Shown here: in pieces, positions 53,012 through 64,000 of the stretch | Position numbering within the stretch: position 1 is the stretch's first letter | How the letters are laid out: every line of letters starts with the position of its first letter | NCBI RefSeq assembly: GCF_037042905.1 | Contig: NC_087250.1 | Location: forward strand, 7,008,001-7,072,000 | Direction: 5' to 3' | Source of the DNA: Lytechinus pictus | Lineage: Eukaryota | DNA length: 64,000 nucleotides | Position numbers and translations under genes: made by a program | Notes under the pieces: model-generated | What the model saw: the letters and a program-made list of their open reading frames with translations, nothing else | The model's database searches: none | What the model was told of the DNA's origin: nothing

Positions 53012-53981
53012 TGTAGTGCTAAGGAAATATCTTGGGTGCTCATCTGCAGTGCATACTTGTCGATGCTACCTTCATGAATGTTGTGTACATGCAGAATCAT
53101 ATTTTGAAGTACCCTTTTATCATTTGTAACATAGAACACAAACAGTTTATTAATGGACGGAAAATAATTTTTTTTAAACACACTACATTGCATAAAATAC
53201 AAAAATCTCTTCATAATGCTTCGGCAAATACACTTGGACGGAATATGGAAGTCTTCTCTGTGTCACTGCAAAACTACTAAATGAATTTCATTCATATATA
53301 CATGGCACATTTCTCATAAAGTCACTCTTACATCAGGGGCCCATTTCATAAAGAGGTACAACTGTTGTAACTTTGTCATAACGGCAACTTCCATAGAAGC
53401 CTTGATTATGATTGGCTGCTGAGCCCTGTTACCATGATTGATAATTCTGATGATCACTAACACGGAAAAGCATATGTGGGACGGTGTATTACTATTGCTT
53501 CGAAAAAATACCCGACATTTGATGGAATTCCTTTCTTATTTTGCTCATTTCTCAGCAATAGCGCATTTTCTTCCAGAGCTATTTGGCACATACTTTTATT
53601 CATACATACAAATACTTTGAGGGTAATTTCATTGGATTCTGTTTGAACTCATTTTGAAATCGTTACCACAACTGGTATTTATCTGCAGTAGTGGCAGCAA
53701 GGGTAATTCAATGGAGAGAGAGGGGGGTGGGAGGCAAGAAGACAACCGAAAGGTAAAGTCATTTTTTATTTTTCTTAATTGGATAAGGGTAATACAGACT
53801 TGGATGATCCCTGTTTGTTACTCTTCTTTTTCTTCCTCTTTCTCTTCTTTTCCTGTCTTTACAGTCATTACTTGAAATACCACAGGGTAGTAATGTCCCC
53901 TGACCCCTGTAGTATCACCCGAATGATCATTTAATTTTATTAATGATGAAAATAATGATAATTATAATAAACAGTTCTTGC

Positions 53982-54287
53982 ACAGTGTGTCCCAGAAAAA
54001 AAGGAAACCGGGATTCCCACATCTTATTTCTTCAAAGGCAAACTCTCTCACTGACCCTGGAATGAGGTGGATTCAGATAAGCATGTGAGTTTCTGCGCAA
54101 ATCGTTTCTGATAGACCTCAATATTAATTGTCTGTAATCTGCCATGAATGATTTGCAAAGCTGTTGGTCTCAAATTAAAGATGAGTTTCCACTCTTATCA
54201 TAAGTATAAAATTCATAGAAAAACAGGTTTACTAAATTGTGAAATCAATCTCTGATCACGGGTTTCCTTTTTTGTGGGGCACACTGT
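53982..54287. mobile_element. Tc1/mariner-type MITE
   Basis: CAGTGTGTCCCAGAAAAAAAGGAAACC / GGTTTCCTTTTTTGTGGGGCACACTG. Confidence 0.75.
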
Positions 54288-54358
54288 ATAGCGTATATCA
54301 CATTATGATTATAATATCTCTATAGATGCGCTTCCAAAGGATTTGGATATTATAAACC

Positions 54359-55221
54359 TGGGGCCGTATTCTGAAAATTGTCTTAAGAGAAATATTCTTG
54401 TATCTTTAGAGTTACAATAAAATCGGTATTCTGAAAATTCTTGTATCTTTTCTAGTAAATTTTCTTGTAACTTTCGCTGAGCGCGTATGATGTCAGAGCT
54501 AGAATTATGTGTAGAGTTAAAAACGGCGCCTAAATATCCCTTTGCACAAGATAACATCGAGATAAAAGGTATTCTGAAAATTCTCTTATCTTTGCGTTCT
54601 GTTAACTTCCTTGCAAAATACAAGAAAATTTACAAGAGGTAGGGGGCTATTGTAACGTATTGTTGCATGCGATATTTGTCCGTCTGTAATAATCATTTCT
54701 TGCTGCATCCCGCAAGAACATCTTGTTTTACAAAAGGAGACATTCCAAAGACATTATAACGACGGATTGGTAGACTTAAATTGGTGTTCGAGACGATGAA
54801 TCTTTTCAGAGAAAATATATCTTTGAGAAGAGCTACGTGTATTTTTAGCACAGAAGCGCACAAGCATAGGCGTCGGGGGCGCAAGGAAATTACGCATCAT
54901 ATCAACAATGCGCTTCATTATTTTTCAGAAGAGACGCTTCTATTGGTTGACCTAAGCATATAACGACAAGCTTAATGATTGGTTGATGATGAAATATTGG
55001 ACGTGTCAGAGGTGAAATAGGGGACGTCCTTACAGAGATAAGTCAATTTTCAGAATACCAATTTAAGAGAATTTTAGTGAGCTGTTACATTGCTGACTTA
55101 CAAGAAAAGTTACAAGAAAAGTTAAGACAATTTTCAGAATACCAATTCAAGAGAATTTTAGTGAGCTGTTATATTGCTGACTTACAAGAAAAGTTAAGAC
55201 AATTTTCAGAATACCACCCCA
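54359..55221. mobile_element. MITE with repeated subterminal GTATTCTGAAAATT motifs
   Basis: gtattctgaaaatt three times at left; aattttcagaatac three times at right. Confidence 0.75.
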
Positions 55222-55445
55222 GGTTGAAGCTTGGTGGCAGTGATTCCTTACAGCACACACATATTTCAAGGGTCTAATTTCTACCAGATACCCAGGGATA
55301 CTGTACCTCACCTGGGTCAAGTGCAGCACAATAGGGATAAATTTATTGCTGAAGGAACCATTGAACTACGCCATGGCTGGGATTTGAACCCGCAACCCTC
55401 TGTTTCAAACTGAAGACTAATCCACTTGGCCAGAATGCTCCACAT
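55222..55445 (-). mobile_element. tRNA-derived SINE remnant
   Basis: Reverse B-box gggatttgaacccgc and SINE-like body. Confidence 0.5.
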
Positions 55446-55959
55446 CAATATTACATTTTTATCATTATTAAGTTTGTCATAAGTTCAATATAAAGCAATA
55501 ATGCTCAGTACAAAATGTCTGGGTTATCTTTGGCATACAAGACATTCCAGTTTGTAAAAATCATGTATATGTTTGTGTACATCATCTAAGAATAGAACAG
55601 ACACCTGAAACCATTTCTTTGTCTAGATTTGGACGGTATAGCCTCAATGTACTTCAACAAGAAACATCAAAGCTCTTCTTTGTCTCAGAGTTCATTCAAT
55701 ATCTACAGTTCACATTCAATATAAATGTTTTATACATATCTTATCAAATAAGAAAGGTTTGGGCATTGCATTTAAAAATAAATAAAAAAAATATAAGTAT
55801 TTTTCAGTCCCTCTGACAGCTTAGTACACTCGGTACAAATTATGGATCTATTTTCTTCATATTGCCTGTTCATTAATCCATACATGTACAAAGTCTTTTT
55901 GATCATGCATGCTTGAACTACTCAAGTCATTAAAAAAACTGAGCAATGAAAAGAAGTTC

Positions 55960-56735
55960 TCTCCTTTTTCGATAGGTACGATCGTATATCTGTATGTCTA
56001 TTGACATTCCTCCTCCTTCTCGAGTCTGGATAGGTTACTTCAAAACTACCAGAATATAGTGTACTCTGTACAAATACTTGACCTAATCCATTTTTCAAAC
56101 TGCCTTAGCAATTAAATGAGTTCACTCCACTTTCGATAGTATTGATCATAGTTCCGTATATCTATCAATACTTCTCTTTCGTTTTGAGTCTGCATAACTT
56201 CAAACCTACCTGCGTCCAGTTTACTTGGTATCAATGCTTGATCTACTGAAGTCATATAAAACACTGAGGAATGAAAACAGATCTCTCCACTTTCGATAGG
56301 TTTGATCATAATTCTGTATGTCTGTCAATACTTCTTCTTCTTTGTCTCGAGTCTAGACAGGTTATTCCCAACCTACCAACGTTAAATGTACTTGATACAA
56401 ATCCTGTACTTGATCTAATCCATGTATAAAGCTGCTTGTGCATTAAGATGAGTTCTTTCAGCATTTGTTAGTTTTGATCATAATTCTATATGTCTATCGA
56501 TACTCCTTCTTCTTGAGTCAGGGTAAGTCACCTCAAACCTTCCACTGTACAGCGTGCTTGATACAAATCCTGTACTTGATCTTATCAATGTATAAAACTG
56601 CTTGTGCATTAGTTAATTCAGCATTTATTAGCTTTGATCATAATTCTGTATGTCTATCAATACTCCTCCTTCTTCTCCTTCGTCTTGAGTCAGGGTAAGT
56701 CACTTCAAACCTTCCAGCGTCCAGCGTACTTGGTA
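55960..56735 (-). repeat. About 165-bp degenerate tandem copies of the end of the TSP-like last exon in the 3' UTR
   Basis: tttgatcataattct.tatgtct.tc.atact...gagtc...caaacct units at about 56634, 56473, 56301, 56142, 55978. Confidence 0.85.
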
Positions 56736-56804
56736 TAAACGTTGCGTCTCCCATAATCATTCCATGATTGTCGTACAGTGAATCATCAACCAGCATGGTG
56801 GATC
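56638..56804 (-). CDS. TSP-like last exon
   Basis: ttgtag| acceptor; STMLVDDSLYDNHG...DSRRRRRRRSIDRHTEL then TGA. Confidence 0.85.
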
Positions 56805-59800
56805 CTACAAAACAATGAAAAGGTGAAATTTCATGATATAACCTGCAGATTTGCTATGAAATCATCTGAGGAAGTTGGGATGTACTCATGTGATGATTAA
56901 CAACAACGAAATATAATGTTTAGTGTTTCATCATTTTCTTTATTTAAAATCACTTTAGTTAATTTAACACTAAGCCAACTTAGATCACACTTTTAAGGAG
57001 TGCCGTTTGCCACCTAGCTATGTCATCACCATTATCACCACCATCATTGTCATCACCAACATCATTGTCATCACCAACATCATCCTTATCATCTTCACCA
57101 ACATCATCATCATAATCATTATCATCACCACCATCTCTATCTTTCTCATTACAACCATTATCAGCAACATCATAGTCATGCCATCATCATTATCATCATC
57201 ATCCTAACCATAGTCATCCCCATCACCACCACCAACATTAACATCTTCATCATTACCACCACCCCCACCTTCGACATCATCATCACAATCATCATCATCA
57301 CCACCACCACAATCATCGATCATCATCATTACCACCATCATCATCATCATTACCACCACCGACATCACCACCCCCGACTCATACTACTCACCATCACTCT
57401 CAGTGTCCATAGTATAATGACCATCCAGTAGTTTCTTGTGTTTCTGCCAGTCCAGACCAGCTAGCTGCATGTGCTCCTCAATCTCAGAGTCTAATAGAGC
57501 TAGCCCCCATATTCTAACCTCATCCATAGTTCCTTCAAACAGATTGCTGCTATTATCAGCTCCAAGATACAGATCCACATCAGAGTTCTAGACAACAACA
57601 TAAAGATATCAAGGAAAAGGTGTTTGAAAATTTAGGATATCATGAAATTTGATCTGCCAATAATCTCTCCTGACAATAAAGGACAGCGATACATGTACAA
57701 GCATTTTATTAGGATTAGGTTAATCTGTTTTCTCTCCAAAAATTGACAACAAGAATTCATTCCCAGATTACATGGATTGAACAGATCGTCGCTTCATTTC
57801 ATAACTTTTATTTTTCAGTTCATTACTCTTTTCTTTCAAGTCTTGCGCAACTCTCGAGACTAAATTTGTGACGTTTACTCATGCTGTTCTGAAAATATGC
57901 AATATTTTTTTAAGTGCTTTCCAAATGTTGTTTTCTAGCCAAAAAATCATATATCGATAATAGACGGTCCTTACTTTTAATGATTATTTTACTTATTCTG
58001 TTTTCCATTTCATTTATTCCATGTTTTTATGATTGAAATATTTCACCCTTGAAGCATTGATCTCAATACCAATGAAGACAGTTTATAAGATTGGATGTTT
58101 ATAAGATTGGATTACAGTTTACAGATTACTAAATTTGTGAAGTTTACTCATGCTGTTCTGAAAATACGCAATATTTTGTAAGTGCTTTCCAAATGTTGTT
58201 TTCTGGCAAAAAAAAAAATATATCTATAACAGACAGTCCTTTCTTTTAATGATTAAAAGCAACTTATTCCATTTTTTATGATTGAAATATTTCACCCTTG
58301 ACGCATTGGTTTATAAGATTGGATGTTCATTACATACCCACGTCAGACCAGGTACGCTAGTAGTATCATCCTCTAATGTTCCATTCACAAATAAGGACAA
58401 GATGCAATCTACATGAATCAATAGAAAAGCAGCTCTAGTCATTAGGGTCTAAATTTTATACAGTGAATATGCAATCAAGTCAATTCAAAATGCAATCAAA
58501 GTAAGTATAAGAAGATGCAATCAAATCAATTCCAAGAAAATGCAATCAATTCAATGAATTGAGAATGCAATCAAATCAATTCATTCAAAAGTAGTATCAA
58601 ATCAATTCATTGAAAGTGATATCATATCAATTCCTTGAAGTTGCATTAATTAATTGAAAATGAAATGAAATGAATATATTTTAGATGCAATTAAATCAAT
58701 TAATTGAAAATTGTATCAAATCAATTATTGAAAATTAACCCATCACTAAAAATGCAATCAAATTAATTCATTGAAAATGCAACACAATCAATTAATTGAA
58801 CATGCAATCAAATCAATTCCATGGAAATACAATCAAAACTAATTGACAATCAAATCCACTGGAAATACATACACATATTAACCTGACATAAACTTTCCTG
58901 AAAACAAAACATTGTTTACTGAACATACTTCTGCACAACTTGATAGGATAATGAATGCCTTTTTTATTCAATATATCATTGTGGGGGTGTTGTTGCCCTC
59001 TAGAATAAACATTATGGCCAGTATTCTGAAGTCAGGTTTAACTTAGACCATGGTCTAACTCTGTACTAAAATTATGGAAAGCCAAAAGTGTCAAAATTTT
59101 TATTAATTTGTATGTTTCTTATACATGTATTTACTGTGCTCTTTCCTGATTCTTCAATTGTGAAGACAATCATATATTTATACTTCCTAGACAATTATTA
59201 ATGATTTGAGAGCCAAATGGGCTTAAATATGATATCTCTACTGTTACTGATTTATGTAACAATTGGCTATCCATACTTAAACTACAACTTTAAACCTGAG
59301 TTTAAGTTAAACCCGACTTCAGAATACAGGCCTATACCTTGTGCATCTAGTCTGAGAGCTACATGGTTCCAGGCATCTTCTACAAGTGGACTGCTTGTAG
59401 CATTCACATAAAAGCTCCCATATTTCCCATAGACATAGCTGCAACAATAGAAAAGAATCCAAAATAAAACAAGAAATCGATAAAAGAATAAATGGTAGTC
59501 ATCATCATTCTTTAAACCCTTGTCATCCTGTATTTCTTTTCCCCTCTATCATTCCTCTTATCATATAATTATCAAAACCAGGAACCTAAATTACAATGAA
59601 CTGTGATTATTCTAATCATTCACAACTATGGAAAGCCAGCAATAAATTGTATAGTCAGGGCTTCACACCAACCTGCTCCTGTCGGACCAGTAGATATACC
59701 CAGTTTTTCAATGAGAATTAGAAAGACTATCATTCGCTGCCCAAAACACTGGTAGTAGGCCGGGAACCAAGATCCACCATCTCTAGTTATTACCAAGCTT

Positions 59801-62800
59801 CAAATGTAAACCTCTCATTATCATATTACCATTCTTCTATGACGAGAGACTATTATCAGCTGCCCAAAACAGCAGTAGCTTAGGACGAGGATACTCCGTC
59901 TCTAGGTAACACTATACTTCTAATGTAAATCTTATAAACTACCCATCTTCTATGATGAGAGAAAGACTATCATCAGCTGCCCCAAACCCGGTAGCATGGA
60001 CCAAAGAGACCCTATCTCAAAGTAACACCAAACTTCTAATGTAAATCTAATCATCCTACCCATCTTCTATGATAAGAGAAAGACTATCATCAGCCGCTCC
60101 AAACACTGGTAGCGTGGAACTTAGAGATCCTGTCTCTAGGTAACACCAAGCTTCTAATGTAAAGCTCTCATCGATATCAAGCGACTGGATACCGGGTAGT
60201 ATCACATAATCATCGTCCCCATCGAATTGGAGAGCTTGGTTTAATCTGATAAAGTAAGAAGAAAAATAAAATAATTATATTGCATAACAGTTTGTTTGAA
60301 CTTTTATGGTATAAATGTCGGAGTTGGTTTCTAATCCAGACCCTTTGACGGGTTCAAATTGAAATGAATAGAGAAAGACACGGCAATTTCATACCATCAG
60401 TGCATTCAGTGATGCGATAACACATTACCTACTATATTTAATCGTTTCAAAAGTAGGTTTCGGTTTAAGAACTTAGGTTTTTAAACTCAAAGAACTCTAA
60501 GTTGAAAGACTATTCCTAAACGAATGCATATTCAAACTTGTAAATATATACCTTGTAACTTGTAAATGTCTTGACAAACTGCATAACTGAGATACCTCTA
60601 CACAAAAACATGATTATCAAATGACCTCAACTGGTATAATACACGTGTATGGTTTAGGCCACAAGGGGACTGATGGCTTATCATCCTTTCCAAGGGACAC
60701 TGATGTGCTAATTTTCAAATAGCACTTGATGCATAAAGACGAATCGTTCTACCATTGAATGAATGTACCTCTATACTAACTAGACATTTTAGAACACACA
60801 TATGACCAAAACTGATTTAAGAGTTGAAATTCTTACCTATCAGCACATTCATATTTCATATGGGAGAAGGTGACATCGGGCTGGTCATAAACAAAGACAC
60901 CAAGACGACCTCCGAGAAAGGTCGTGTCGTAAAGGTCACCAGAATCCGTCAAAGTTACATCTCCAGATTTGATTGTGACCCTGCAGAGATGGAGGAAAAA
61001 AATTATAGCTGTCACCAGGCTTGAAAGAAAAACTAGAATTAATGATTGTATTTGCCATTTTAGGCATGTCATCACTATCATCCCCATCAGGGCTATTCTA
61101 CTCTTCCTCCTCCTCAACATCATCATTATTATCAGTTTCACCCTCATCCACCTCTTTCTCATCATCACTTTCAATATCATGATCATCACCATCATCATCA
61201 TTAATATTACAATCATTATCATTATGAACCTCATCCCTCTCCTCCTCCTCATTGTAATCACCATCAATATCATCATCATCATCACCACAATCACCATCAC
61301 CATCAACCATCATCACTATCATAATCACCATCATCATCATGGCTATCATCTTTATTATTATCACCATCATAATTATCACCCCACCATCAGCATTATCATT
61401 ATTGTCATTATCATAATCATCATCATCATCACCACCATCATCATCATCATCACCATCGACACGACAACCACCACTACTATCACCAAAATCACAGTCATTC
61501 TTTCCATAACTTTCACCATCACAATCATCATCATTATTATTACCACCATCATAGTCACCATTATCTTCCTCCTCCTCCTCATCATCATCGTCATCATCAC
61601 AACCATCACCATCATTATCATCTTCACCATCATCACCACCTCCATATTTTCATCATCATCACCTATGGCACCATGACCACCACCACTCTCACCAAAATCA
61701 GTCATTCTTTCCATAACTTTCACCACTACAATCGTCATCATCATCACCATCACTATCATCACCATCATCACTATAATTACTATCATCATCATCATCACCA
61801 TTTTCATTGTTATTATTATCATCATCATTATCACCATCACCATCGCCATGATCGTCACCATCATCACTATTATCGCAAAAATTATCAACATTACCATCAT
61901 CACCACAACCACCAACACTATCACCAAATCATCATTGTTTCCATAACTTTCACCATCACAATAATAATCATCATCACCACTACCATGACCATTATCAACA
62001 TCATCATCACCATTGTCATTATCATCATCATCCTCCTCATTATCACCAATATCATCATCATCATCAAAACCATCAATAACACCATCTTTCTCTTCCCCCA
62101 TCACCATCACAGTGCATACCTCATAATCCCAATAGATGGTCTATATGTTAGATCATACCTCATAATCCCAATAGAAGGCCTATACGTAAGTCTCCATAGA
62201 TATGCTGTCCTGTGCTGCCACCCCTGCATCAGGGGGTCATGCCACATCAGTTCTACTTCATTTGATGTGGTGTACGAGTGCCACAGAGCGTTGGCTAACG
62301 TGGTCCCTGGGCCTGTTGTAGAGTGCACCTTCTGCATATCAATGAACACATTTCACAATAGGTGGTTTCAGACCGCCTCGAAGTTCGTCAGTTCCAGGTA
62401 TTCTCCGATCGGGAAATTTACCCCGATCAGAAAATACCAGGTATTTTGGTAATGTGAAAGCAAACTACGCGTAATTTCCCCGAAAGAAAATACCCGCTAA
62501 ATAGTAGGTACTTGGCGAAATTACGAGAACTTTCGCGGGGATTTTTCCAAGGTCGTAGGTATTTTGGCGATGTGAAAGCAAATTACGGGAACTTTTAGCC
62601 CAGCGTGTCGTTGTGTGCGGCGCCGTGGGTGGCTGCTGGGATAGGGATTTTGAATCTCGCGCCTTGCCTGCTTATCAGACCATACTGCGCATGCTCGTAA
62701 CTTCAGGAACTTATCCCGAAGGGTCTGTTTCAGGGCGGTGTGAATGCAGGAATAATTAATGGGTATTTTTTCAGCCTAAAAAAGTTCTCGTAATTTAACG

Positions 62801-63520
62801 GGGATTCTTGTGATCGAGGCGGTTTGAAACCACCTAATGAGTGATTTCAAGCTCAGTGAAATATGAACCAGTAATCTTGCATATCACCAAGTTGCTGCAA
62901 GCCCTCAACCATTCATATTTGGTTTTTATTTATTTATTGTATTTATTCATTCAGTATAAAACAAAAATACAGGATAGAAAGGTCCAAGGACCAAAATGAA
63001 CACGTTTACAGAAATTGCAACACAATAGTAAACAAAATGAACAGTAACAACCAATATAATTACATCCATACAAAAATATTCAAGGTTTATAATGATAATC
63101 ATATCATTTCAAATACTAATTCCATTTATGTGATTTTCTTCATAATTCTATTTCAGGTAGATATATGTTTGTTGCATAACAATACTATAAAAATATAGGA
63201 AATTGCAATCAGTTCCTTCAGACGATTTCAATTCCTACATTACCATCAGATTAAATAAAAGTGTGAACACGACTTGCCTTGATCTGTAATCCCTTTAATC
63301 CAGCATATTGGGTATCCTTGTTCAAGTTGGTGTGTTTCCACATCGCTACATAGAACTTCCTATTGCTCTGATAGCCATAGACGAAGCCCATGTAGTTGCC
63401 CCCGTCGTCACCATTCACGTACATGGTGCAGCGGAAGTCTACCGGTCCTAAGGTATCATAGCCGATCAACATCACAGGGGAAGAGATGAAGGAGGAGTTG
63501 AAGAGGTGAACTTCTTTACC
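56638..63520 (-). CDS. Thrombospondin-superfamily gene, 3' part (TSP C-terminal L-lectin domain plus LamG/concanavalin-like domain); 5' end is outside the window
   Basis: Exons 63520-63278, 62331-62159, 60980-60837, 60245-60060, 59438-59338, 58408-58338, 57587-57392, 56804-56638 give 426 aa in frame. TSP_C motifs GFVYGYQSNRKFYVAMWK, VHSTTGPG..LANALWH, WHDP...GW, GGRLGVF. LamG motifs ALQFDGDDDYV, FTLEAW, WNHVA, LFVNG, FEGTMDEVRIW. Confidence 0.9.
57020..57375. repeat. (CAT/CAC)n degenerate microsatellite
   Basis: Read directly. Confidence 0.9.
57392..57587 (-). CDS. TSP-like exon (LamG)
   Basis: gtctag| acceptor, G|GTGAGT donor; LYLG...FEGTMDEVRIW. Confidence 0.85.
58338..58408 (-). CDS. TSP-like exon (LamG)
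   Basis: atgtag| acceptor, TGG|GTATGT donor; LSLFVNG. Confidence 0.8.
58465..58865. repeat. Degenerate aatgcaatcaaatcaatt repeat of about 25 bp
   Basis: Read directly. Confidence 0.75.
59338..59438 (-). CDS. TSP-like exon (LamG)
   Basis: ttgcag| acceptor, G|GTATAG donor; DAWNHVAL. Confidence 0.82.
59705..60170 (-). repeat. About 117-bp tandem copies of the 3' half of exon 60245-60060
   Basis: gactatcatcagc..c.c.aaacac.ggtagc...gtaacacca.acttctaatgtaaa occurs four times. Confidence 0.88.
60060..60245 (-). CDS. TSP-like exon (start of LamG)
   Basis: ttatcag| acceptor, GG|GTAGGA donor; LNQALQFDGDDDYV...FTLEAW. Confidence 0.82.
60837..60980 (-). CDS. TSP-like exon (end of TSP_C)
   Basis: ctgcag| acceptor, AG|GTAAGA donor; DSGDLYDTTFLGGRLGVF. 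Confidence 0.88.
61065..62110. repeat. (CAT/CAC/TAT)n degenerate microsatellite making up most of an intron
   Basis: Read directly. Confidence 0.92.
62159..62331 (-). CDS. TSP-like exon (TSP_C)
   Basis: atgcag| acceptor, AG|GTATGA donor; frame of ORF 62107..62349. Confidence 0.88.
62360..62835. mobile_element. TIR MITE (Harbinger-like) 26 nt from a splice acceptor
   Basis: AGGTGGTTTCAGACCGCCTCGA / TCGAGGCGGTTTGAAACCACCT; AAT on both flanks. Confidence 0.8.
63278..63520 (-). CDS. TSP-like exon (TSP_C), with GC donor
   Basis: cttcag| acceptor, AAG|GCAAGT donor; frame of ORF 63251..63475. Confidence 0.88.
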
Positions 63521-63664
63521 CTGAAGAAAAAAGGGGGGAGGGGTGTTAATAAAAATTTAAAAAAATTATATAATTTTTTCGTTTTTGTCTGAAAGAAAAG
63601 GTGGGAGCAGTACAAACAAAGAGTTTAATGCATCTCATACAAAATCCAGTGCTTAGAAACATTT

Positions 63665-63703
63665 ATATCATCACCACCATCATCACCCTTAGTAGTACTA
63701 TTT

Positions 63704-63743
<40 letters not shown>

Positions 63744-63935
63744 TGTTATTATAGTCATTATTATTATGACTATTGATACTATTATTGTTATTATAGTCAT
63801 TATTATCATCATTATTTTATCAGTATCATTATTGCTATTACTGTTATCATCATCATCATCATCATAATCATCTTTATGATTATTATTATTATCATTACCA
63901 TCATAACTACTATCATTTTTTTAATCATTATCATT
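63665..63935. repeat. (ATT/CAT)n microsatellite
   Basis: Read directly. Confidence 0.9.
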
Positions 63936-64000
63936 ATGAATACCATTTATTCACAGTAAAGATAGCCCCTATACAAACAGTATGATTTCTGCTGTCTATA

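Noticed and set aside
60969..62110. Long Ile/His/Met-rich ORFs
   Set aside because: Translations of an intronic (CAT)n microsatellite.

Overview
This is AT-rich, intron-containing animal genomic DNA. The repeat content suggests an echinoderm such as a sea urchin, which is an inference only. Three spliced genes were reconstructed by hand with consistent exon phases. (1) A minus-strand 9-exon gene of about 879 aa (148-21848) encodes a CryptonV-type tyrosine-recombinase-like protein that appears to have lost catalytic residues, so it is probably a domesticated transposon gene. (2) TMEM101 lies on the plus strand (3 exons, 26415-43102, 255 aa), head-to-head with gene 1. Its first intron holds an apparently intact 7.6-kb non-LTR retrotransposon with one 2024-aa ORF (PHD, coiled coil, APE, RT, CCHC), followed by a near-identical 1009-bp tandem triplication. 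(3) The 3' part of a minus-strand thrombospondin-superfamily gene (56638 to beyond 63520) encodes a TSP C-terminal lectin domain plus an extra LamG domain, has a GC-AG intron, and ends RRRRRRRSIDRHTEL*. All three genes show tandem, decaying copies of their own exon edges (donors, acceptors, stop regions) in the neighbouring intron or UTR. The rest is MITEs and non-autonomous DNA transposons (several with clear TIR and TSD), HINE-like elements, SINE/LINE fragments, a 1.9-kb local duplication bracketed by a direct repeat, and simple repeats.
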